NCBI GenBank assembly: GCA_048881705.1
Contig: JBHLSH010000027.1
Span: 1-41,562, forward strand
DNA from: Candidatus Heimdallarchaeota archaeon
GTDB lineage: Archaea > Asgardarchaeota > Heimdallarchaeia > Hodarchaeales > Hodarchaeaceae
Length of the DNA stretch: 41,562 nt
Direction: 5' to 3'
A program made the translations under genes and the position numbers. The stretch's first letter is position 1. Each line of letters starts with the position of its first letter. Below the pieces are notes generated by a model, which saw only the letters and a program-made list of their open reading frames with translations, ran no database searches and was not told the DNA's origin. Shown here piece after piece: positions 28,261 to 37,884 of this stretch.

Positions 28261-30456
28261 CTAATGGTTTTCATGAGGAGGTCGAATGAAATCAAGCGCT
28301 TGAACAACATCAGCAGGCTCTATCTCCAGTTTATACTTTTCAATCAATTTGGATATCGCGTCTGGTTGAACCCCATCAAGCATCTCCTTTCGATCTTGAA
28401 GAAATCGGTTAATAGAGACGAAAGTTGCACGACTTATCAGTCCTTTCAAATCTGCGCCGCTGAAACCTTCAGTTTTTTTTGCTAAGTCTTTCAATAACAC
28501 TTGTTTTGATAATGGTTTATTTCGAGTCAGTACACGTAGAATATTCTCTCTCGCGGTTGTATCGGGCAGAGGGAGCTCAATTATTCGTTCAAACCTTCCG
28601 GGCCTTAAAAGTGCTGGATCAAGCACGGAAGGACGGTTAGTTGCTGCAATAACAATAACATCCCGTAACTCTTCCAAGCCACTCATTTCCGTCAACAAAG
28701 TGGTTACGATACGATCTGAAGCACCCCCATTCAAGCCAGATCCAGAACGAGATGGAGTTAGGGCATCGATTTCATCAAAGAAAATGATGCAGGGAGCACC
28801 CAGACGGGCTTTTCGAAAGGTCTCTTGAATAATTTTTTCGCTCTCCCCCAACCACTTAGAGTGGACTTCTGATCCCTTTACATAGATGAAATTCCGCGAA
28901 ACCTCATTTGCGATGGCACGGACAAGTAGGGTTTTCCCAGTTCCAGGTTTTCCAATCAGAAGGATCCCTCGCGGCGCTTCTGCATCCATATAGTTGAACA
29001 GATCAGGATATTTTGCTGGCCATTCGATAATCTCCTTGAGCTCATGCTTAACATCGTCTAATCCTCCTACATCTTCCCATGTAACAGTAGGGATTTCGAG
29101 GAAAACTTCCCGGAGAGCACTGGGTTTAACCTCCGCTAAGGCATTATTGAAATCCTCTTGTAAAACAGTTATTTGTTCAATTATTTCAGCAGGAACATCT
29201 TCATCCCAAGTTATCTGGGGAAATACTCTCCGAATCGAACGCATAGCAGCTTCCTTGGTTAAGGAAGCCAAATCGGCACCGACAAATCCATGGGTACGAT
29301 CAGCCAGTAATTCTAAATCCACTTCATCTGCTAATGGCATTGCTCTAGTATGAATCCCCAGAATAACTAAACGACCATCTTTATTGGGTACTCCAATCTC
29401 GATTTCACGGTCAAAACGTCCCGGCCGACGAAGCGCGGGATCAATTGCATTGGGCCTATTCGTTGCTCCAATTACAACTAATTCTCCCCGGCCTTCCAAG
29501 CCATCCATAAGCGCCAACAATTGGGATACTACTCGACGTTCAAGTTCCCCTGAACTAGAGTCATCCCGTTTGGTGGCTATGCTATCAATTTCGTCAATAA
29601 ACAGGATACTCGGTGCCTTTTGTCTAGCCTCCTCGAATATATCTCTAATCTTCTGTTCACTCTCTCCATAAAATTTGGACATGATTTCTGGCCCAGAGAC
29701 CGTTATAAAATATGCATCAGTTTCATTCGCCACAGCCTTGGCTAGAAGTGTCTTGCCAGTTCCGGGTGGGCCATGGAGGAGGACTCCTTTTGGAGGTTCT
29801 ATCCCAAGTCTTTCAAATAGTTGGGGATAGCGCATTGGCAATTCAACCATTTCTCTGATCTTCTTGATTGTTTCCTCCATTCCCCCAATTTCTTCATATG
29901 AAACTTTGGGTACAACCTGCATTTTACTTAAAGTTTCAGAAAAGGAATCAGGAGTCTCTTTTACTTCAAATACAGTAGTTTTAACGATATATACTGAGTG
30001 TTCTCTTTCTGGGACAATCTTAAGAACTTTATAGTCAATATTTTGTCCCATGTAGGGTACCCGAAGCACGTCATCAATAGAAATCGCACGGTCTTGAAGA
30101 GTCTTTTGAAAATATCCAGTTACGTTACTTATTGTGAAATTAGACAATGGAGTTAGGATGATTTTCTCTGCTGGACTGAGGGATACCTTACTAACTGTGA
30201 CAATATCGTCCAGTCGAACCCCTGCATTTGATCGGGTCGCCGCATCAATCGAAATGGTTAATCCATATTCATCGGATTTAAATGCATGCCAAATTACCGC
30301 GGTCGTTTTCTTTTCCGTAGGTCCCTCGATCTCTATTATATCACCTGCTGATACCCCTAATTTGTTCATAATACGTTTTGAAATCCGTGCCCGACCCCGA
30401 TCAACATCTTGGTAGGCGGCTTCCTTGACTTTTAGCCTAACTGAGTTTGAAGCCAA
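28261..30456 (-). CDS. cdc48: Cdc48/p97 AAA+ ATPase
   Basis: N-domain DVDRGRARI, two AAA modules (GPPGTGKT/FIDEID; GKPGTGKT/FFDEID), ALRRPGRFD. Confidence 0.97.
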   Translation of the reverse strand: MASNSVRLKVKEAAYQDVDRGRARISKRIMNKLGVSAGDIIEIEGPTEKKTTAVIWHAFKSDEYGLTISIDAATRSNAGVRLDDIVTVSKVSLSPAEKIILTPLSNFTISNVTGYFQKTLQDRAISIDDVLRVPYMGQNIDYKVLKIVPEREHSVYIVKTTVFEVKETPDSFSETLSKMQVVPKVSYEEIGGMEETIKKIREMVELPMRYPQLFERLGIEPPKGVLLHGPPGTGKTLLAKAVANETDAYFITVSGPEIMSKFYGESEQKIRDIFEEARQKAPSILFIDEIDSIATKRDDSSSGELERRVVSQLLALMDGLEGRGELVVIGATNRPNAIDPALRRPGRFDREIEIGVPNKDGRLVILGIHTRAMPLADEVDLELLADRTHGFVGADLASLTKEAAMRSIRRVFPQITWDEDVPAEIIEQITVLQEDFNNALAEVKPSALREVFLEIPTVTWEDVGGLDDVKHELKEIIEWPAKYPDLFNYMDAEAPRGILLIGKPGTGKTLLVRAIANEVSRNFIYVKGSEVHSKWLGESEKIIQETFRKARLGAPCIIFFDEIDALTPSRSGSGLNGGASDRIVTTLLTEMSGLEELRDVIVIAATNRPSVLDPALLRPGRFERIIELPLPDTTARENILRVLTRNKPLSKQVLLKDLAKKTEGFSGADLKGLISRATFVSINRFLQDRKEMLDGVQPDAISKLIEKYKLEIEPADVVQALDFIRPPHENH

Positions 30457-30512
30457 AACTAGTCTACCTTTGATTCAAATGTTTTGTTGAAATTGATGTA
30501 CCAGGGTGAATT

Positions 30513-31136
30513 TTATCCCACGGGAACTTTGGTACTGTGTTCTTTGTCAGTCGATTTCTTCAATTCGACTTCAAGGACACCATTTTTAAATTTTGCAGCG
30601 GCTGATTCAGGAACAATGAGGCAAGGGAGATCCAATTCTTTGTAATACTTTCTGCTCATATCTTCAGAGCTTGCCTGAACTAGGAGACTATTCTCGGTTG
30701 CGGATAAATCAATATTCTCTTTTTGCACCCCAGGAATTTCCGCAATCACTCTCACAACATCAGTATCCTCAATTACATCAACCAAAGGCTCTCGTTCAGC
30801 AGAAGGTTGAAATCCTGTTCTTCCTGTCACTTGACGGGGATTATTGCCAAACCGTTCGATATGTGGTCGTCCATCGGGACCCGTGGTCATTCGAAAACCC
30901 CATACAAAGCCTGGTGGATTATTCTCAGCATCCTGTGGAGTGTTCATACTGAACCTTCTGAACAAATCCTCTAGGAAATAATCCATCTTGTTGAAAATAT
31001 CGTCAAAAGATACGCCACCGAATTGGTCAAAAAAATTCTCGAAAATATCGTCGAACGGGCTTCTCCCGCGCCTACGTCGGGGATACCGCCCGCGGCGGTC
31101 ATCTTCATCATTAGGGTCAGTTGTTGGATCAGACAT
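30513..31136 (-). CDS. hsp20: Small heat shock protein Hsp20
   Basis: GFRMTTGPDGRPHIERFGN, REPLVDV, AEIPGV, KFKNGVLEV, KVPV tail. Confidence 0.95.
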   Translation of the reverse strand: MSDPTTDPNDEDDRRGRYPRRRRGRSPFDDIFENFFDQFGGVSFDDIFNKMDYFLEDLFRRFSMNTPQDAENNPPGFVWGFRMTTGPDGRPHIERFGNNPRQVTGRTGFQPSAEREPLVDVIEDTDVVRVIAEIPGVQKENIDLSATENSLLVQASSEDMSRKYYKELDLPCLIVPESAAAKFKNGVLEVELKKSTDKEHSTKVPVG

Positions 31137-31184
31137 GTCACAATCTCCATCTTACGTGAATAATAAGTCAAATAAGGGCCGCTT

Positions 31185-31203
31185 ACCTATAATTAAAATA
31201 GGT
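31185..31203. promoter_or_regulatory. Inverted repeat ACCTAT-N7-ATAGGT overlapping the putative hsp20 TATA box
   Basis: Perfect 6-bp inverted repeat around minus-strand TTTTAATTATA, about 50 nt upstream of the hsp20 ATG. Confidence 0.45.
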
Positions 31204-31373
31204 TACCATAAAGTGTGAATAAAAAGAAAAGACATGAATATTCATCGTGAAATGGAGATTTCGCTCTTTTTATGAGATTATATGCGGAGCATCAGTCTCT
31301 AGTATTTATTAACGAATGGTGAATAATAATTTAATCTAAGTCAAGAAATAAATGCCTGAGTAATCAGCCTGAT

Positions 31374-32153
31374 ATGGGTGAATTTTTGTCAGAGCGTCCA
31401 TTGATCGTTTTAATGACCGATTTTGGCAACGATGCTTATACAGGAATCATGAAAGGTCGGATTATTCAGATCAATCCAGCGGCCAGAATTGTAGCTCTTA
31501 CAAACCACATTAAAAAGCACTCGATAAGACAAGGAGCGTTTATTTTACAGAAGTCTTACAGATACTTCCCTTATGGATCCATATTCTTGGTTGTGGTAGA
31601 TCCAGGCGTGGGAAGCATAAGGAAAGCCGTAGTAGCGCAAACCGAGAACTATTTTTTCATTGCTCCTGATAATGGCATACTCTCACCCGTAATTTCGGAA
31701 AGCAGAGCTTTGGATATAATCAAGCTACATATTCCATCTGACGCATCAACGACATTTCACGGACGCGATGTATTCGCTCCTGCCGCCGCCAAAGTTAGTC
31801 TGAACTATTCCCTTCTAAACCTTGGGCCGAAAACCAAACTGGATAAGAACATCCGCTTTTACTGGGATCCTGGATCTTTTACTGGAGAGGTAATTTTCAA
31901 GGATGAATTTGGTAACATTATCACAAACATACCTAAGCTCACTAAATTATACAGTACTGAGAAATTCATTGTCATTACAGAATTGTTTGAAGGTGAAATG
32001 CCATTAAAGATCTCTTATTCAGAAGGTTCTACTCATGAACCCTTTCTAATCTTCTCAAGTTTCGACACATTGGAAATTGCCCTCCGAGAAGGAAGAGCTT
32101 GTGATCTTATACCTGTTAGTGCAGGAGATCGCGTGACGATAACCCCTCTCTAA
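31374..32153 (+). CDS. SAM hydroxide adenosyltransferase (DUF62; chlorinase/fluorinase superfamily)
   Basis: LMTDFG, VVVDPGVGS, APDNG, STTFHGRDVFAP, DEFGNIITN. Confidence 0.93.
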   Translation: MGEFLSERPLIVLMTDFGNDAYTGIMKGRIIQINPAARIVALTNHIKKHSIRQGAFILQKSYRYFPYGSIFLVVVDPGVGSIRKAVVAQTENYFFIAPDNGILSPVISESRALDIIKLHIPSDASTTFHGRDVFAPAAAKVSLNYSLLNLGPKTKLDKNIRFYWDPGSFTGEVIFKDEFGNIITNIPKLTKLYSTEKFIVITELFEGEMPLKISYSEGSTHEPFLIFSSFDTLEIALREGRACDLIPVSAGDRVTITPL

Positions 32154-32346
32154 TAATCATCAACAAAGAACGAAAAAACTGCGCCTCTTGGCGTTTCCAA
32201 TCTTCTTAGATTGTAAGGAGCATAACCGCTAGTTTTAATTGCTCATGGGAGATCAAATAGATAATATCAAATAATCGAAAAGCCACATCTCGCGAAACCC
32301 CTACATTTCAGAAACCGACCCCATTAATATCAATGGAAGTGAAAAA

Positions 32347-33102
32347 TTGAGTTTAGTCGAAAGAATACGTAAGATGGAACTATCACTTGATGAAATAATA
32401 CCTAAGTTCCAAGGAAGGTTAGAACTAGTTCGTAAGGATCTAAAGGATTTAATAACTGGCATAGATGATTTGAAAACGCTTATTGCAGATAATCGTCGAA
32501 AATCAAATGATTATACAAGAGAGATTTCTGATCTATCTAATGACCTTCAAGCTTTTAGAAATGAAATCACCGAGATCGAGAAAGAGATTTCCCGATCACA
32601 AGATATGGCCAATACCGTCAATATGGAGACACAGGAATTAAATAGCGAACTGATGGCGGAGAGAAACCGGTTAGGAACTCTCGAAGGAGAGAAAAACGCG
32701 CTAGAACACAGTTTAAGTGAGCTCGAACGGGAGAAATCTGGATTACAGGAAATTCATGATCAATTCAAGCCGAAATTTGAAAAAGAAGTCGGCTTAATCA
32801 ATGAACGATACGCTTCGCTCAAGAAGAAACATGATTCGCTTGGTTATCGTTTCCAAGCTATGCGTATCCTCTGTTCTGAGGGTTATCTCGCGACCCCAGA
32901 GGTGAATATAGTAAGGTACCTCGCTATGAAGCCGTCTTCGACATCAAGCGTGACTGAAATTAAATCTACGCTTGGCGTTGATCCAACAGCGTTATCTACG
33001 GTTCTTCATGGCCTGGCCACACGGCAGGTACTTAAATTGGACGAGTCCTCAGGTAATGTTACAATACTTGCCAAAATTGATCTATTTGACGAGGTGAAAT
33101 AA
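32347..33102 (+). CDS. Long coiled-coil protein with C-terminal winged-helix domain (paralogue 1)
   Basis: About 175 aa of heptad repeats, then PEVNIVRYL..SVTEIKSTLGV..LSTVLHGLATRQVL.. Confidence 0.75.
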   Translation: MSLVERIRKMELSLDEIIPKFQGRLELVRKDLKDLITGIDDLKTLIADNRRKSNDYTREISDLSNDLQAFRNEITEIEKEISRSQDMANTVNMETQELNSELMAERNRLGTLEGEKNALEHSLSELEREKSGLQEIHDQFKPKFEKEVGLINERYASLKKKHDSLGYRFQAMRILCSEGYLATPEVNIVRYLAMKPSSTSSVTEIKSTLGVDPTALSTVLHGLATRQVLKLDESSGNVTILAKIDLFDEVK

Positions 33103-33104
33103 TA

Positions 33105-33839
33105 ATGGATACCGATACACTACGCGAGAAGTTCATTCGATCCGAGGAAGCGCTCAACAAACTCGCAGATGACATCAAACAGCTGGTTTCCAGTCAGAGT
33201 CAAGAACTACGAGATTCTCGTGATTACCTTGAAACCTTGATAGGAGAAAAAGAAGCTGTTGACTCGCAAATCAAAGAACAGGAAGCTAAAATTGCATCAT
33301 ATCAAGAAGATATCTCCAAACAAGGTAATTTAAAAGAAGCTTTAGTTAATAAACGATCTATGGTTTCAGAGGATAGCCAAAATAAGAAGATTAGGCTAGA
33401 GGAACTTCATCATGAATTAACCACAGTAAAAGATTCTGTTACTTCCACCAATCGTGTAATAGAACAATTAAGGATGGAAATTACACAGAAACGTGAGCAT
33501 ATTGGAGAGTTAATCCAGGCAAACCAAGAATTAGAAGAAAAATTAAAAATTGAGATGGATGTAAAGGTGACCGAGACGGGAAATCTAGAACAAGCTGTAG
33601 CTAATATGGAATCAGAAAATGCTGTAATCTCATATCTTCTTGAAGAGTCGGCGGAGGATATTCCTGAAGTGGATATTTTAGCCTCAGTAATGCAATTAGG
33701 TGAGGCCAGTAGAGATCAATTGAAACAATCCCTCGAAGGAATTGTGTCACCGGTCATGCTTACACGAACGCTCGGACGGATGGCTGAAAAAGGAATCCTT
33801 AACTTCGATGAGTCTCGTGATATTATTAGATATCAGTGA
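33105..33839 (+). CDS. Long coiled-coil protein with C-terminal winged-helix domain (paralogue 2)
   Basis: About 180 aa of heptad repeats, then PEVDILASV..SRDQLKQSL..LTRTLGRMAEKGIL.. Confidence 0.75.
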   Translation: MDTDTLREKFIRSEEALNKLADDIKQLVSSQSQELRDSRDYLETLIGEKEAVDSQIKEQEAKIASYQEDISKQGNLKEALVNKRSMVSEDSQNKKIRLEELHHELTTVKDSVTSTNRVIEQLRMEITQKREHIGELIQANQELEEKLKIEMDVKVTETGNLEQAVANMESENAVISYLLEESAEDIPEVDILASVMQLGEASRDQLKQSLEGIVSPVMLTRTLGRMAEKGILNFDESRDIIRYQ

Positions 33840-34911
33840 GGCGGAGATTATCACGATTTCCGAACTGAGTAATAAACCCGAAAATTTGCATGAAGATTGG
33901 GTTTTCCATCGAACTCTTTCATCAGGAAAAACCCAGTGTCTGGTATGTGCCCGCCATTGTCACTTGATTTCGGGAGAGACTGGATGGTGTGGTGCACGGA
34001 TGTGTCAGGAAGGGAAAGTTGTCCCTAGAACGTATGGTTTGGTCTCTTCCGTTGCTGTTGACCCGATTGAGAAAAAACCCCTTTACCACTTTTTACCTGG
34101 AACGGGTATTCTTAGTATTGGTGCTACTGGGTGTAATATGGGATGCCTTCATTGTCAAAACCATTCTATATCCCAGAGTCGCTCTATCGCTCATCTCCGA
34201 AGGGTATCTCCTCGTGAACTCGTAAATCACGCATTGGAAAGGAATTTGCCCTCAATCGCTAGTACATATAATGAACCCATGATTGCGTTTGAATATGTTA
34301 GGGATATTGGGAGGATTGCCCATCAGGACGGATTGAAAATGGTGGTTGTCGATAATGGCTACATTAACAGGGGGTTGGCAGAAAGACTCACAGCTTATCT
34401 AGATGGGGCTAATATTGACGTTAAAGGGTTTTCTGACGAATTCTACTGGGAAATCTGTGATGTGAAGGCATGGAAGCTCGTTTTGAAGACCTGTGAGACT
34501 TTTTTCAACCGGGGCGTGCATTTAGAGATAACTAACCTCATTATCCCCACTAAGAATGATGATATGGAGATGATCAGGGGTATGTGTGAATGGATCGTGA
34601 CCAAACTCAGCCCAAATGTACCCCTTCACTTCTCAGCGTTTCACCCAGATTATAGATTGAGGGATCTACCCTTTACTCCCATGAAAACATTGGAAGATGC
34701 CTTAACGGTTGCCAAGGACGTAGGGCTTAATTATGTATATCTTGGGAATGTTAGAGGTCGTAAAGGTAACGACACTTACTGCCATAACTGTCACAGCCAT
34801 TTAATCTCTCGTACCGGGTATTATACGAGGATACTTGGAATTACTGAAGGTAGGTGTGCTAAATGCAACACGAAAATCCCAGGAATCTTCTCTAATTCAG
34901 ATCCGGCTTAA
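33808..34911 (+). CDS. AmmeMemoRadiSam-type radical SAM enzyme (start uncertain)
   Basis: CLVCARHC, CGARMC, VDPIEKKPLYHFLPG, GCNMGCLHCQN, TYNEP, LHFSAFHPDY. Confidence 0.9.
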   Translation: MSLVILLDISEAEIITISELSNKPENLHEDWVFHRTLSSGKTQCLVCARHCHLISGETGWCGARMCQEGKVVPRTYGLVSSVAVDPIEKKPLYHFLPGTGILSIGATGCNMGCLHCQNHSISQSRSIAHLRRVSPRELVNHALERNLPSIASTYNEPMIAFEYVRDIGRIAHQDGLKMVVVDNGYINRGLAERLTAYLDGANIDVKGFSDEFYWEICDVKAWKLVLKTCETFFNRGVHLEITNLIIPTKNDDMEMIRGMCEWIVTKLSPNVPLHFSAFHPDYRLRDLPFTPMKTLEDALTVAKDVGLNYVYLGNVRGRKGNDTYCHNCHSHLISRTGYYTRILGITEGRCAKCNTKIPGIFSNSDPA

Positions 34912-35333
34912 ATAACTCTAATAGGGAGTTCTATTACCTTTCCCATACGTAGTGCGAATGCTTTGAGTTCTGGATCGGGTCCGTCTCCTCCGATTAACCA
35001 AGTGTAGGGATAAGGCCAATATTTCATGTAATGTATATCCTGCTGAGAAGGGGCGAGCTGGGCATTCTCGGGATGACTATGAAATATTCCTACCAACTCC
35101 CTTCCCTCTTTCTCGTATTTTATAATATGCTGATAGAATATTTCATAATCGATACTGAAACGAGTAGGTGATTCATCTATATTGAGCATTGGCTGGAAAT
35201 CTGTTACATTAACATGATTTTGGGGTTCCCATAATCCAAAGACGAGTCCTACAACTTCAATAGGTTGATTTTCTTTTAGTAATGATATAATTTCTTGATA
35301 ACAAGAACTAAAAATTGATATAGAAGGTGACAC
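34908..35333 (-). CDS. JAB/MPN+ (M67) metallo-isopeptidase
   Basis: E(VVG) plus IFHSHP....APSQQD (JAMM motif HxHx7Sx2D-like). Confidence 0.92.
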   Translation of the reverse strand: MSPSISIFSSCYQEIISLLKENQPIEVVGLVFGLWEPQNHVNVTDFQPMLNIDESPTRFSIDYEIFYQHIIKYEKEGRELVGIFHSHPENAQLAPSQQDIHYMKYWPYPYTWLIGGDGPDPELKAFALRMGKVIELPIRVI

Positions 35334-35382
35334 ATAACCACCTCCTTTATTTTGTCATATGAAGAGCCTAGGAACGTGTTTT

Positions 35383-36771
35383 TTATGGATATTCAGGATG
35401 AACACTATGCGGGGGAATAATCTTATCAGGAGAGTTCAAGGCTTCAATATACCGCTGCTGAGCCGCAGGTTCGCCGTGAATTGGCAAAATTTTGGTTGGA
35501 CTTGTATATTTCGCGACCTCGAGGAGTCCTCCCTGTGACGCATGGCCAGAGAATTGGAACCGCTTGACCTCCAATTCAAGGTTAACATTATAGAGGCCTC
35601 CAAAACCGTTGTTCAGCAAAATTTGTCTCTGCCCTGCGGCTATATCTGCTCCTACAGTCCCCTCAACTTGATAGCCCACAATATAAAGGCCATTTTTTGG
35701 ATCACTACCCAAATCGAACTTTCCCAGATACTCATAAATTGGACCGCCCTCTATCATACCCGATGTCGTCAATATGATAACTGGTTGTTCCTGATTTGCC
35801 AGGAATGCCCGTTTCTTATTTCTTCCTCCAGTTGGAAGGATCTCGTCAATTTTGTGGATACCTTCATGGTCAAACGGTGATTTGTATCCATTCTCTTTTA
35901 GAAAACTAAGTAATCGTTTGGATACCCATTTTTCGGTTAAATACCGGCCATAGATCTTGTTGATATCAAGAATCATGCCATCTATCCAGAGCTGATATGA
36001 ATCTAGAAACGTATCAAACTCCTGGATCAAGTAGGTTTGAATTTCTTGTGAACGACCCAATGCAAATGAGGGTATTATCGCTTTTCCCCCTCGGGAATAA
36101 CATTGTAATAATTTCTGCGTTAACTTTGAGGTTGTCTCCTTGCGTGATGGCAAGGGTCGAGTAGCATTGGTAGTTTCTGTAATCAATATGTCGATGGGTT
36201 CATCCAAAGAATCATTAATGAAAATCGGATCATGAAAAGGCGTTTTGGCGTCATTTATGTCTCCCGTATAGAAAATGCGGGTTCCATCCCAATCAAGCAG
36301 AATGCACGCGCTACCTAGTATGTGACTAGCATCATAAAATTCAGCGGAAATGCCATCCAAAAGCCGAAAGGATTGGTTGTAATTGTGAGGAACAGAATTT
36401 CGAAGGGCGTAATTGAGATGACGAAGACTATAATGAGTTTCTCCCTCGATTTTTAAATGGTCTTTCCATAAGATTTTCACGATATCTTTTGTAGGTGCCG
36501 TTAGATGGATGTCACCACCATATCCCCAACGATATAGGGCTGGAACATATGCTGAATGGTCTATATGAGCGTGGGAAACCAATACGACATCTATATCGGG
36601 GCTGAGGTCATCGAGCTGAGCGGGTGGAGACGATCGTTGATCTGATCTTCTCGGATGAAGTTGAATACCTGCATCCAAGATGATCCGTCTATCCCTGTCT
36701 GAAATCATAATACATGATTTCCCAACGGAGTCTGCGGCCCCAAGCACTGTAACTGTGAGCATTTCGATCAA
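35383..36771 (-). CDS. beta-CASP ribonuclease without KH domains (aCPSF2/aCPSF1b-like)
   Basis: SHAHIDH, SHILGS, TGD, ALGRSQE, TSGMIEGG, FSGHA, IHGE (motif C is His). Confidence 0.9.
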   Translation of the reverse strand: MIEMLTVTVLGAADSVGKSCIMISDRDRRIILDAGIQLHPRRSDQRSSPPAQLDDLSPDIDVVLVSHAHIDHSAYVPALYRWGYGGDIHLTAPTKDIVKILWKDHLKIEGETHYSLRHLNYALRNSVPHNYNQSFRLLDGISAEFYDASHILGSACILLDWDGTRIFYTGDINDAKTPFHDPIFINDSLDEPIDILITETTNATRPLPSRKETTSKLTQKLLQCYSRGGKAIIPSFALGRSQEIQTYLIQEFDTFLDSYQLWIDGMILDINKIYGRYLTEKWVSKRLLSFLKENGYKSPFDHEGIHKIDEILPTGGRNKKRAFLANQEQPVIILTTSGMIEGGPIYEYLGKFDLGSDPKNGLYIVGYQVEGTVGADIAAGQRQILLNNGFGGLYNVNLELEVKRFQFSGHASQGGLLEVAKYTSPTKILPIHGEPAAQQRYIEALNSPDKIIPPHSVHPEYP

Positions 36772-36959
36772 GCTATAAGGCGTATGATAGAGGAACGGTG
36801 GTTAATCAGGGTGAAAACTGGAGATCCACTGTTTTCTCTGCTGAAGCGACTAGAGAATTCCCACAATAAGAATTTTCGGTTCTACATTTCGAACCAATGG
36901 TTCGTCTAAGGAAAAATCTATATAACCAAAGAATTCTCTCCCTCCTTAGGTGTGCTTTG

Positions 36960-37667
36960 ATGCCAGTCGACCCACAACAAATACCGCTTTCAGGAATCCC
37001 CATTGGCATTTTTTTGATGTTTTTGGGTTCACTCCTGGGACTAATTCCTTTGTATGACCTTGGATTTATAATATTCCTTGGTTCATTAGCATTAGTGTTT
37101 ATTCAATGGATTAGTAGCGGGGGTATTGCAGAAATGTTAAATTGGCTTCCATTGATTCTGATTCTGGCAATTGTCTTAACGCTTTCGTCAGATTTCGTGA
37201 GTCAATCACCTGAAACTCAAATTTTTACATGGCCTTTGATACTCGTGGTTTTAGTGGTGATCCTTGGTTTCATGTTCGCCCAAGGAGGGGATCTAAGTTT
37301 TATTATGCCTTTTCTACCATTTTTATTAGGAATTGGTATAATTGGAGTGGTGGGCGGGGAATTATTGTGGCAAGACGCATTTAGGGGTTTAGCTTATAGT
37401 ATTGGCTTTCTAGGGATTGTTGTTGTGCTTATTTGGCTGCGAGTCCGTAAAACCCAACGTATGACACCCATAGTCGGGGACAAGGAACATATGATTGGAA
37501 AAACAGGACTAACTCTTAGTTTGATATCCCCTGATGTTGAAGGTCGCGTGAGGGTTGGAGGGACAACTTGGAAGGCCCAATCCGAGGTTAAAATCTATGA
37601 GAATGAGCCAATTCAAGTCGTTGGTATCGAGGGCTTAGTTCTCAAAGTCAAACCAAAATCAGGATAA
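36960..37667 (+). CDS. NfeD-family membrane protein (C-terminal OB domain)
   Basis: Multi-TM region, then MIGKTG..ISPDVEGRVRVGGTTWKAQS..VVGIEGLVLKVK; AGGTG SD-like site before ATG 36960. Confidence 0.85.
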   Translation: MPVDPQQIPLSGIPIGIFLMFLGSLLGLIPLYDLGFIIFLGSLALVFIQWISSGGIAEMLNWLPLILILAIVLTLSSDFVSQSPETQIFTWPLILVVLVVILGFMFAQGGDLSFIMPFLPFLLGIGIIGVVGGELLWQDAFRGLAYSIGFLGIVVVLIWLRVRKTQRMTPIVGDKEHMIGKTGLTLSLISPDVEGRVRVGGTTWKAQSEVKIYENEPIQVVGIEGLVLKVKPKSG

Positions 37668-37789
37668 CCTCTACTTCCTTGTTTTTTCGCTACTGTCCGT
37701 GTCAACGATCCCCCGGAAATTATATATTAGTCAGGATAAAATAATATCTATCGGATCAGAATCACGATTTTGGATCTGTGACGAGTCAA

Positions 37790-37863
37790 GGGCCGGTGGT
37801 CTAGCTCGGTATGACGGCTCCCTCACACGGAGCAGGTCGATGGTTCAAATCCGTCCCGGCCCA
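37790..37863 (+). tRNA. tRNA-Val(CAC), no intron
   Basis: GGGCCGG/CCGGCCC-A acceptor, GCTCC/GGAGC stem, CT-CAC-AC loop, GGTTCAAATCC. Confidence 0.96.
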
Positions 37864-37884
37864 TTTTCTTTTTTGGATGGTGAA

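Noticed and set aside
28994-30415. Plus-strand ORFs antisense to cdc48, and similar antisense ORFs over rpl3, PINA and MutS
   Set aside because: Shadow ORFs on the opposite strand of conserved genes with no independent motifs
32347-33839. SMC or CdvA/ESCRT-III assignment for the coiled-coil pair
   Set aside because: No Walker motifs or hinge, no PRC barrel, and the heptad region is too long and continuous for an ESCRT-III core
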